This document shows positions 48,478 through 56,150 of a stretch of 64,000 nucleotides of DNA, piece after piece. The translations under genes were made by a program, and so were the position numbers. The stretch lies in the IMG/VR virus record IMGVR_UViG_3300020577_008668, positions 15,616 to 79,615 of that record; one strand, given 5' to 3'. The notes beneath the pieces are model-generated. The model was not told the origin of the DNA, made no database searches, and worked only from the letters and a program-made list of their open reading frames with translations. The DNA comes from a virus (taxonomy: Duplodnaviria > Caudoviricetes). Every line of letters starts with the position of its first letter. The first letter of the stretch is position 1.

Positions 48478-48929
48478 GAGATAGGATCAGTTACTTTCCA
48501 CCTGAGCATCAGGCGGCACTGGAAGCGTTTTGTGAACAGTATCATCCCAGTATGGATGTTGAGAAAAACTTTTCGGCAAGCGGACCGCTCTTCTTTGACG
48601 ATAAGCGAACATCTGTGGCAGTGATCGCAGCAGAGAACCGTTCAGGAATGCTGTACTGTAAGGCTCCTTACACTACGGTTTCTGTGTTGCATACGGGCGG
48701 GATGATTCGTGGTTGGATTCAGTCTGATAAGATGATTGACGCTGACGACATGTTCCTTGTGCCTCTTTCTTCACTGGAGGCTATGCCGTCAAAGTTCGAT
48801 TTTGCTGTCTCTTGCCCCCATCTGTCAGTGTATGGTGGGTTTCAAACTGTTGGCGAAAACTTTTGGACGTGTTTTAATTGTGGAAAACCTCTCGTTCCTT
48901 CAGACACTAGCAAAACGTATTCAAGGTGA
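48468..48929 (+). CDS. hypothetical protein with C-terminal Zn ribbon
   Basis: CPH...WTCFNCGK. Confidence 0.7.
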   Translation: MVLGDRISYFPPEHQAALEAFCEQYHPSMDVEKNFSASGPLFFDDKRTSVAVIAAENRSGMLYCKAPYTTVSVLHTGGMIRGWIQSDKMIDADDMFLVPLSSLEAMPSKFDFAVSCPHLSVYGGFQTVGENFWTCFNCGKPLVPSDTSKTYSR

Positions 48930-49146
48930 AGAGTTAACTTTTGGGGATTGCGTTAAGTTGTTGAGGTTGCGGCGTAGTGTTTCGTCGAGAGCTTTGGCTG
49001 CACAATGTGGGTTGTCTTCGTCTTATGTGAGTAAGGTTGAGAATAATTCAACTTCCCCTTCGGCTTCTGCTTTTGCTAAAATAGTTTTAGAGTTAGAGTG
49101 TTCAACTTTGGAGGTCATGTTCTTGTTGGAGATGTTGCGGAAATGA
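48880..49146 (+). CDS. XRE-family HTH regulator
   Basis: FGDCVKLLRLRRSVSSRALAAQCGLSSSYVSKVENNSTSPS; start approximate. Confidence 0.85.
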   Translation: MENLSFLQTLAKRIQGEELTFGDCVKLLRLRRSVSSRALAAQCGLSSSYVSKVENNSTSPSASAFAKIVLELECSTLEVMFLLEMLRK

Positions 49147-49958
49147 AATTCAGCCCTTCTCTTTTGAAGTCGTTTCAGTCTTGTAATCTGAAATACAAGT
49201 TAGCTAAAGATCATCCTGATACAGTCGAGCCGCAGTCTGCGGCCGCAAGCTACGGTACATTGGTTCACAAGTGTATTGAGATGTATCTTCTTGGTAGACC
49301 TATTGAGGACACGTTAGAGTTTTTTAACACTGTTTGGACTAACCCTGAGTTGATGGACATTGTCCCAGATTATTATCCTTCTCGAACTTCTCACGGCTCT
49401 TACCGAAAGAAGGGGTCTGAGGCGATTTTGGGATTTTATGAAGAACATCGCTGGCTCGATCGAGAACTTATAGCTACAGAGTTCCGGTTCTGTTTCCCTT
49501 ACGGGTCCCATTTTGTTTCCGGGATTATTGACGTCTTGGAGTATGATCCGGTTACGGATACCCTGTATGTGGTAGACTTGAAGACGGGTGCGCGTCCTAA
49601 TGCTGATAATCTTCGATTCGATTTGCAGTTTCTTTCTTATGACTTAGCTGTTCAGCAGGAAGAATTTTGGTGCGGTTACGAGCCGGAGATTGAGAAGTAC
49701 ACTGGTTTTCCGAACGGGAAGGAACTTTTTGACCGGTTCAGGCACTCGTCCCGCGAAATGGTCTGGTATGATCTTCGCAATGCCAAAGAGTACGCTATTG
49801 GCAAACATGATCAAAGGGACTATGGTCGTCTTTTGATGCTGTGTGATCAGATTGAGAAGGCTGTCGATCTGGATGTGTTTGTTCCCACTATCACGGGTGA
49901 TACATGCAAGTGGTGTGCTTACACAGATATTTGCCCGAGCTTCGTTGAGGAAAAATGA
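49143..49958 (+). CDS. RecB/Cas4-like PD-(D/E)XK exonuclease
   Basis: FSPSLLKSFQSC, GTLVH, SGIID, VVDLKTG, C-terminal CKWCAYTDIC. Confidence 0.9.
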   Translation: MKFSPSLLKSFQSCNLKYKLAKDHPDTVEPQSAAASYGTLVHKCIEMYLLGRPIEDTLEFFNTVWTNPELMDIVPDYYPSRTSHGSYRKKGSEAILGFYEEHRWLDRELIATEFRFCFPYGSHFVSGIIDVLEYDPVTDTLYVVDLKTGARPNADNLRFDLQFLSYDLAVQQEEFWCGYEPEIEKYTGFPNGKELFDRFRHSSREMVWYDLRNAKEYAIGKHDQRDYGRLLMLCDQIEKAVDLDVFVPTITGDTCKWCAYTDICPSFVEEK

Positions 49959-50131
49959 AGTGGCGCTGTTTAATGAACCGTCATGACTGGGAGTATTTTT
50001 ACCGGGGCAAGTATCTACTACCTGGATGGGCTTTTGATTTATCTGATCACTCTCGTCAAACGTGTAAAAAGTGCGGAAAGGTGATTGTCGTTCATGAGGG
50101 CATTGAGGTTTTCAAAGAATGGGGTTGGTGA
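49955..50131 (+). CDS. small hypothetical protein (58 aa), not in the ORF track
   Basis: ATGA overlap; RCLMNRHDW...TCKKCGK. Confidence 0.6.
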   Translation: MKWRCLMNRHDWEYFYRGKYLLPGWAFDLSDHSRQTCKKCGKVIVVHEGIEVFKEWGW

Positions 50132-50134
50132 ACA

Positions 50135-50359
50135 GTGGAGTTGCTGACTCCTGTTGAAAAAGAAATCGTTGAAAAGCTAGGAGAGTGTGCTACAAGCTAC
50201 TCTCAGGCGCTAGCCCCCGGCCCCTGTTATGATCAGGACCTGAGAGAGTTTATCCATCATATTCATGATCTTCAGTGGAGGGTTTTAGCTCAGGCTGCTG
50301 CTAGAAATTATCCAGAATTGTACAGACTTCAAGGAACATCTTTTAAGGAGAACAAGTGA
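50135..50359 (+). CDS. hypothetical protein
   Basis: DLREFIHHIHDLQWRVLAQAAAR; coupled to neighbours. Confidence 0.65.
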   Translation: MELLTPVEKEIVEKLGECATSYSQALAPGPCYDQDLREFIHHIHDLQWRVLAQAAARNYPELYRLQGTSFKENK

Positions 50360-51399
50360 CAGTTGAAATCCATCATGCTGGTAAGGATGAGTACCCTGGT
50401 CCGCTAAGGATGCTGGTTGCAGGATACCCTGGGGTTAGCAAAACAAAGTTTGCGGCCAATTTCCCTAAGCCTGTATTTGCTTTTTGTGGCGGGTGTGGGC
50501 CTGAGCTTGCTGTTCAGGGTGCCGCCTATGGTAATGTTAAGTCTGAAAGCAACCTGTTTGAATTGGTAGAGTTCATTAAGGATTCTGACTACAAGACTCT
50601 TGTGATTGACACTTTGGATGGGTTTCAGAACATCCTTTTAGATAATCGTTTGAAGGATCAGCATCGTTCCGAACGCAAAGTGGACGATTATGTGTGGCTA
50701 GAGCAACGTTTGCGAGCCATTTTCACGGGGCTTTGTCAGCTACCTCAGGATATTGTGGTGCTGGCAAGCATGAGGGATTTAGTCGTTCAGGAAACTTCCG
50801 TTTTCCAGCCTGCGATCATTGGTAGTTTCAGTAATAGCATCCATCAGTTTCTAACTCATTCATTGTGGCTTAAAGCTGATGTGACTCAGTCTTCTGATGA
50901 GCGGGTTGAGAATTTTTATCTTTTGACAGAACCTACTTCTGAGGCTGAGTGGGTGAAGGATTATACTGAAACGTTGTCAGGTCAGTTCACTGTTGATTTC
51001 GTGACAGATCATGAGCGCCTGATTGAGGCGGTACGGTCTAGGGATGTGCAGGATTCTTGGGTTGAGCTTTTTGAGTCTCAGTCAGGTAACGATGATTCTG
51101 TTTCAACAGGGACGCACATTGGGGTGGATGGTGCTGTTCTTTCCTCAGAGGCCCCCACAGAGCCATCTGAGAAGAGTCAGCCTGAAAAGGCCCCTATCCC
51201 TACAGATGTACCAGCTACGCTTACAGAGCCTTCTGAGGCCCCTACAGAGAATACCGGCAGTGATGGTTCCTCTGTGAACGGTGCGTCTGAATCTAACTGT
51301 ACGCTGTGCGGTAATTCTGCTGACAAAACTTGGGTTGATCTTTCGAAGTTAAGGTTTGGCGCTGTTCATTGTGCTGACTGCTTCAAGAAGCACAACTAG
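50356..51399 (+). CDS. AAA_24/Sak4-like P-loop ATPase with C-terminal Zn ribbon
   Basis: MLVAGYPGVSKT, TLVIDTLD, C-terminal CTLCG...CADC. Confidence 0.8.
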   Translation: MTVEIHHAGKDEYPGPLRMLVAGYPGVSKTKFAANFPKPVFAFCGGCGPELAVQGAAYGNVKSESNLFELVEFIKDSDYKTLVIDTLDGFQNILLDNRLKDQHRSERKVDDYVWLEQRLRAIFTGLCQLPQDIVVLASMRDLVVQETSVFQPAIIGSFSNSIHQFLTHSLWLKADVTQSSDERVENFYLLTEPTSEAEWVKDYTETLSGQFTVDFVTDHERLIEAVRSRDVQDSWVELFESQSGNDDSVSTGTHIGVDGAVLSSEAPTEPSEKSQPEKAPIPTDVPATLTEPSEAPTENTGSDGSSVNGASESNCTLCGNSADKTWVDLSKLRFGAVHCADCFKKHN

Positions 51400-51475
51400 G
51401 TCTTAGGAAGATTTCAATAGGTGAGGTTGATAGTTTTCTCACTTGTTCGTAACACAAAATGGAAAAGGAAAACAC

Positions 51476-51964
51476 ATGGAAATTGCAATGAAGTCAGGGC
51501 CAGTAGAGACGGGATTTGGAAATGTTCCCGATCGGGAATGGCCGGTTATCCCTGAACGTACCCTGGTCGACTGTGAGGTTGTTAAAATCAACCTTCGTGA
51601 ACTTAATCCAGAGTTTCGGGCCAGGTTTGATATCAAAGATGAGCATGAGGTCAGTTTTGATTTTCGAGTTACTGACGGGGAGTTTCGGGGTCAGAGAATC
51701 TTTGGTACAGCTAAGCCTTACCTGAACGATTCTGACACTTGTCGTCTTCGGTTTTGGCTTCAGGAAATCCTTGGGGTAGACTCTCTTCCCGGCGACTTTG
51801 TGTTCAAACTAGATGAGAATAACGAGGCCCCTGATTTGGTAGGGTTGCGTTGTCGTGTTCTAGTGAAGAACCGTGTTCGCAAGAGCGACGGTAAGAGGTC
51901 TCATGTGGTAGGCGAGGTCCTTCGGGCGCAGCAGGCGACAACCTTGTCAGAAGCCGATTTCTGA
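51476..51964 (+). CDS. OB-fold ssDNA-binding protein (DUF669-like)
   Basis: follows exonuclease and ATPase; FRVTDGEFRGQRIF; acidic C-terminus EADF. Confidence 0.7.
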   Translation: MEIAMKSGPVETGFGNVPDREWPVIPERTLVDCEVVKINLRELNPEFRARFDIKDEHEVSFDFRVTDGEFRGQRIFGTAKPYLNDSDTCRLRFWLQEILGVDSLPGDFVFKLDENNEAPDLVGLRCRVLVKNRVRKSDGKRSHVVGEVLRAQQATTLSEADF

Positions 51965-51972
51965 TAAACTCA

Positions 51973-52050
51973 ACTCGATCGCTTAAGGGGCCAAAAGCTT
52001 AAAGCGCCATCATAGGGTGGAGATCCAAAGTTCGATTCTTTGGTCGGGTG
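51973..52050 (+). tRNA. degenerate tRNA-like element (possibly Met/Ile2 CAT-derived), no CCA
   Basis: acceptor actcgat/gtcgggt; D stem gctt/aagc with GG loop; variable region agatc; T arm caaag-TTCGATT-ctttg; irregular anticodon arm. Confidence 0.6.
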
Positions 52051-52052
52051 CT

Positions 52053-52271
52053 ATGAAAATACTAGTTGGGCATGATACAAGCAAGAAGACTTGTTTGTGG
52101 TTGAAAACCCTCCCAAGGTTGACCCCGGCTAAGGTTATCGTCAAGGGTATTTACGCTAACCAGACCTCTAGTGGGCGAAACAAACTTGGGTCATCTTCTG
52201 ATAGGTGGAAGTTGAGAAATTTAACATATCAAGGAATTGCTGATGCAATGGCTGACCAGTGGGGAGTTTGA
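52053..52271 (+). pseudogene. internally deleted DNA cytosine-methyltransferase-like phage gene
   Basis: N-terminal MKILV fused directly to C-terminal GHDTSKKTCLWLK...RWKLRNLTYQGIADAMADQWG. Confidence 0.65.
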
Positions 52272-54131
52272 GTGTTTGACCTTGTAGGGTACCTTGAGTC
52301 TAAGGATCTACAGTTAAAATTCGCTTCCAGCCAGTGTTATACTCATTGTTTTTTCTGCGACGAACCCTCAGATCGTCCGGGTCGACTGTATTTCAACATT
52401 GACGCCGAATCAGACAAGTATGGTCTTTGGAAATGTTTTCTGTGTGACAGGCGCGGTGGGCTGAATTCTCTGAGGAAACACTTTGGCGACCCTCCAGTAG
52501 AGGACAAACCGTCCTACCGTCAGTTACATATCTTGAATGCTGCCGCACAGTTCTACCAGCAGTGTCTAACAGAGACCCCTGAAGCGTACGAGTATCTTCG
52601 GATCAAACGAGGTCTCAGTGACGATATGATTTCTCAACTGTCGCTAGGTTGGGCGAACGGTGGGTTACTAAATCACCTTTCTAATCTTGGGTATAGCGTT
52701 GAGGAAATTAAGGAAACAGGGTTAGTGAACCCTAACGGATTTGACTTCTTTCAAGGGAAGATCACTATCCCTTATTTTGAGTTTGGGTCTGTAGTTTCGA
52801 TTAGGTCCAAGCAGATAGGTGGGAAATATCTCTCCCTGAGAGGTTCCCACGGTCATTTGTATGGGGTTGATTGTGCTCGTGGGGCTGAAACCGTTGTTGT
52901 TTGTGCTGGGGAGATGGATGCGGCTGTCATGCAACAGTTGGGGTATGCCGCTGTCGGAACCCCAGGTGAACTCATTTGGAAACCGGAGTGGACGAAAGAA
53001 CTTTCTGAAGCCAAACGTGTGTATGTTTGCTATGACAACGATGAGGCTGGTAGAGCTGGGGCTGAAAAATTAGTTAAAACCCTTGGCCCTCAAGCTAGGG
53101 TAGTTGAGTTACCTAAATCTAATCCAGGTCAGAAGAAGCTTGACGTTTCTGAGCTGGTGGTTTCTGAAGGAAAGACCAGAGAGTATTTTGATTGGCTTTT
53201 TAGTAAGTCCAAGGGTGGACTTCTTGTCTCTATGTCTGAAGCGTATGAGAGATGGTTAGAGGTTGAAGCGAATCCTGACGCAGGGCTCCGGCTGAACATT
53301 AGTGAAATTGATTCACAGATGAAGCATGGTTTAACCCCAGGTCAAGTGGTCGTACTTATGGGGCGAACGTTCAGTGCAAAAACGTTGCTCACTTTGAACA
53401 TTCTTCAGCGGATGAGGCTACAGAAACCTGACCTGAAGATTCTGTTACTATCTTTAGAGTTAACCCGGAATGAAGTGTTCCAACGGTTACATACGATTCA
53501 TAATTTTTATGAACCTGGGGCTTCAGAGATCGACACTGTTCGATACTGGGAAAACAACATTTACCTAGTGGATAAAAACAGGGTTTCGGAACAGGAGCTT
53601 GAAGTTTGCGTTGACCAGTACGCCTACGAGATGGGTTATGAACCCGACATTGTCGTAATTGATTATCTTGGATACTACGCTAGGTCTTTTCCCGGTGAAG
53701 AGTATGTCCGAATGAATTCAGCGATCATGGGTTTGAAGGCTATCGCCAAAGAGCATCAATTTGTTGTTTTTTGCCCACACCAAGCAAATCGAAGTGGTGA
53801 TATAGGAAGAGAACCATCTATTGATTCGGGGCGTGGGAGTGGCGTAGTAGAGGAGACAAGCGACTTGTTCATGGTCATTTGGAACAGCGATCAAACCCCT
53901 GGGATAGAAAAGCAGGATGAGAAAAAAGAATTAAACCTGAGAGTAGTTAAGTCTAGAAGTGGAGGGTTGAATACTAAAGCCATCTTTCACTTTGCTCCCT
54001 TGACTCAAGCTCTCATCCCGGCGTCAGATCCTTTAGTTGATCGAGCTTTGAAAGAGAAGCAGTACGCTTGGGCGGGGGATTCTTTGGATCAGGCCATTAA
54101 AAGACATCTAACAGGAGATACTAGTGTATGA
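52272..54131 (+). CDS. bifunctional primase-helicase (Zn finger, TOPRIM, SF4 helicase) with deviant motifs
   Basis: HCFFC/CFLC, AGEMD, YDND, GRTFSAKT, VVIDYL, HQANR, GSGVVEE, VKSRSG. Confidence 0.9.
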   Translation: MFDLVGYLESKDLQLKFASSQCYTHCFFCDEPSDRPGRLYFNIDAESDKYGLWKCFLCDRRGGLNSLRKHFGDPPVEDKPSYRQLHILNAAAQFYQQCLTETPEAYEYLRIKRGLSDDMISQLSLGWANGGLLNHLSNLGYSVEEIKETGLVNPNGFDFFQGKITIPYFEFGSVVSIRSKQIGGKYLSLRGSHGHLYGVDCARGAETVVVCAGEMDAAVMQQLGYAAVGTPGELIWKPEWTKELSEAKRVYVCYDNDEAGRAGAEKLVKTLGPQARVVELPKSNPGQKKLDVSELVVSEGKTREYFDWLFSKSKGGLLVSMSEAYERWLEVEANPDAGLRLNISEIDSQMKHGLTPGQVVVLMGRTFSAKTLLTLNILQRMRLQKPDLKILLLSLELTRNEVFQRLHTIHNFYEPGASEIDTVRYWENNIYLVDKNRVSEQELEVCVDQYAYEMGYEPDIVVIDYLGYYARSFPGEEYVRMNSAIMGLKAIAKEHQFVVFCPHQANRSGDIGREPSIDSGRGSGVVEETSDLFMVIWNSDQTPGIEKQDEKKELNLRVVKSRSGGLNTKAIFHFAPLTQALIPASDPLVDRALKEKQYAWAGDSLDQAIKRHLTGDTSV

Positions 54132-54134
54132 GGG

Positions 54135-54168
54135 TTGACCTGACAGGCTTTAGTGTTAGCGGTACAGT
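54135..54168 (+). promoter_or_regulatory. SigA-like promoter
   Basis: TTGACC overlapping CTGACA-N17-TACAGT in an intergenic gap. Confidence 0.5.
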
Positions 54169-54245
54169 TAACAGAGGCAGGTGACGAGTGAATGCTAGGC
54201 TTTTGTGTTGTTATAGGGAGATGTTGAGCATCATGGAGGTGGGAA

Positions 54246-54791
54246 ATGGGTAAGTCGATTGTTGATAATCAAGAATTTTTTGATGGGCGTCCAGTAGAAA
54301 AGTATCGGGGAAAGTTTTCAGCCCCGTTTGATCTCAACGAAGAGGCTGGGTTAGGTATCGACTCTGGTAGTCAAGTTACTTTCATTGTTACAGCCAGGTG
54401 TCAAACTCCACGCTTCAAAGATGCCCCAAAATCGGGGGAATTAATTAGAGAAAATACTTTCAAGGTAGAAGCTGTTGTTCCCATTGCTAGTGATGAGGCA
54501 AAGTTTCTTCTTGATAACATGGGGGAACTTGTAGAGGGAGTTAATGACGGGTTGATCGAGTCGCAGATGACAGCGCCCCTTCCGTCCTCTATGCCCTCTG
54601 TGGACCTGTGTGAGCCTCAGGGCTTTTTTGAAACCACCCCCTTAGTAACTCCAGTAAACGTGGGAGAGGGCACCCTGGGGTCCTTAGAGGAAGAAGCAGT
54701 TTATGTGAGTCATTCGGCTGCTTGGAGCCCATTCGACCGACCAATGTTTGACACAGAGTTGAACCCGACCTTTGAAGTTGTGGAGATTTGA
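54246..54791 (+). CDS. hypothetical protein
   Basis: RBS ggagg; 181 aa. Confidence 0.75.
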   Translation: MGKSIVDNQEFFDGRPVEKYRGKFSAPFDLNEEAGLGIDSGSQVTFIVTARCQTPRFKDAPKSGELIRENTFKVEAVVPIASDEAKFLLDNMGELVEGVNDGLIESQMTAPLPSSMPSVDLCEPQGFFETTPLVTPVNVGEGTLGSLEEEAVYVSHSAAWSPFDRPMFDTELNPTFEVVEI

Positions 54792-55093
54792 TGTTGGAAC
54801 AAGTTTTGCAAGCTAACGTTGTGATTACCGGGGTAGTGTTCACTTTAGAAAGTTTAGAAATTTCTTACCTTGTCAACAGGGAACAAACTGATCAGGTTAG
54901 TATTTCTCGATCTATTGAAATCAAAATTGTAGATGATGAACTGGCATCAGCTTACTTAGAGTTGCAAGATTTCATTTGTGCCATAGTTGAAGAAGCTGAG
55001 GTTGTTGTAAGAAACCCTCCTGTTCGTCAGGGTGGGGGACTTAAAACACTGTACCGTCAAGCTCAAGGAAACGCTGACTCTAATGATGAGTAG
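54791..55093 (+). CDS. hypothetical protein
   Basis: TGATG coupling. Confidence 0.65.
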   Translation: MLEQVLQANVVITGVVFTLESLEISYLVNREQTDQVSISRSIEIKIVDDELASAYLELQDFICAIVEEAEVVVRNPPVRQGGGLKTLYRQAQGNADSNDE

Positions 55094-55364
55094 TCTTAGT
55101 GCTATCTTACAAGAGGCAAGGGGCGAATGGTATAACTATGCTAGTTGTTGCAACATGGGGGACATGTTTTTTGATTCTAGTCGTCAGGAAGAATGTAAAG
55201 CTATTTGTGAAACGTGTCCTGTTAGGTTGGATTGTTTAAATGCTGCTTTCCTGTATCAGGATGATGGGGTGAGGGGTGGTCTTACAGCCCAAGAACGGCA
55301 GCCTATTATTCGACGTTTGAAAAGGTATCAGCCTATTTTCAAATTGGATGTTTTAGGCGGGTGA
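55083..55364 (+). CDS. whiB: WhiB-family Fe-S transcription factor
   Basis: W..xASC...FF...CKAICETCPVRLDCL...GVRGGLT..ER. Confidence 0.9.
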   Translation: MMSSLSAILQEARGEWYNYASCCNMGDMFFDSSRQEECKAICETCPVRLDCLNAAFLYQDDGVRGGLTAQERQPIIRRLKRYQPIFKLDVLGG

Positions 55365-55365
55365 C

Positions 55366-55845
55366 ATGGTTCGATGTAAATGGTGTCGTACCTATGTGGA
55401 AAAAGAAACGGCGATCCCTGTAGGGTTGTCTTTCTTTTGTTCAGATGACCATTTGGGTCAGTGGAGACAGAAGGTAAGAGCCCCTAAGTCGAGGCTTCGG
55501 AAACGTGCGTCTGACAGGCAGACGACGAAAGACATTTCTCCTGCTACACGGCAGGCTGTGTACGAGTCAGATCTACACAGGTGTCGGTTTTGTGGAACAG
55601 AGTTTGTTCTTGCTCTACATCATGTCATGTATCGTTCTGAGGGCGGGGATCATCAGCCGCATAATCTGATCACGTTATGTGCCGAACACCACAATCTGAT
55701 ACACTCGGACAAGGGTCGGTACCAGCCCCTTTGTCTAGGGGTAGTGTTTTTACGTGAAGTACATTCAGATCATTTTATTTTGATCCCAGAACTAGAACAC
55801 ACCCTGCAAAATGACAGCATCATCTTATCAGGCGAGAGGCGTTGA
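55366..55845 (+). CDS. HNH endonuclease with N-terminal Zn finger
   Basis: CKWC...FCS; CRFCG, LHHV..RSEGG, NLITLCAEHHNLIH. Confidence 0.88.
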   Translation: MVRCKWCRTYVEKETAIPVGLSFFCSDDHLGQWRQKVRAPKSRLRKRASDRQTTKDISPATRQAVYESDLHRCRFCGTEFVLALHHVMYRSEGGDHQPHNLITLCAEHHNLIHSDKGRYQPLCLGVVFLREVHSDHFILIPELEHTLQNDSIILSGERR

Positions 55846-55851
55846 TTTTCC

Positions 55852-56085
55852 GTGTTTAGGTTGGAGTGTCAGTCCTTTGTTTCTTATTCGGTTTCAAGAG
55901 AGCACTTTGTTATTATCTGCTTAGATTGCGGGTATCGTATGGTGAATAATCGGAGCCTTAATAAAGTGAACGCTGACCATCTATGGTCATTAACTAATCC
56001 AGTTAGGACGTGGAAGTTTGACGACTATAGCCCCTTTGTAAAGGGAACGGGAATGTTGTATATGAGTGATGTTAGTCAGACTTAG
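55852..56085 (+). CDS. small Zn-ribbon protein
   Basis: C-x16-CLDCGY. Confidence 0.5.
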   Translation: MFRLECQSFVSYSVSREHFVIICLDCGYRMVNNRSLNKVNADHLWSLTNPVRTWKFDDYSPFVKGTGMLYMSDVSQT

Positions 56086-56150
56086 TGCTCTTAGTTTTTC
56101 AATTTTAGTTTAAGATTACACAGCACATAGTGAAGGGCTGATCTCAGATC

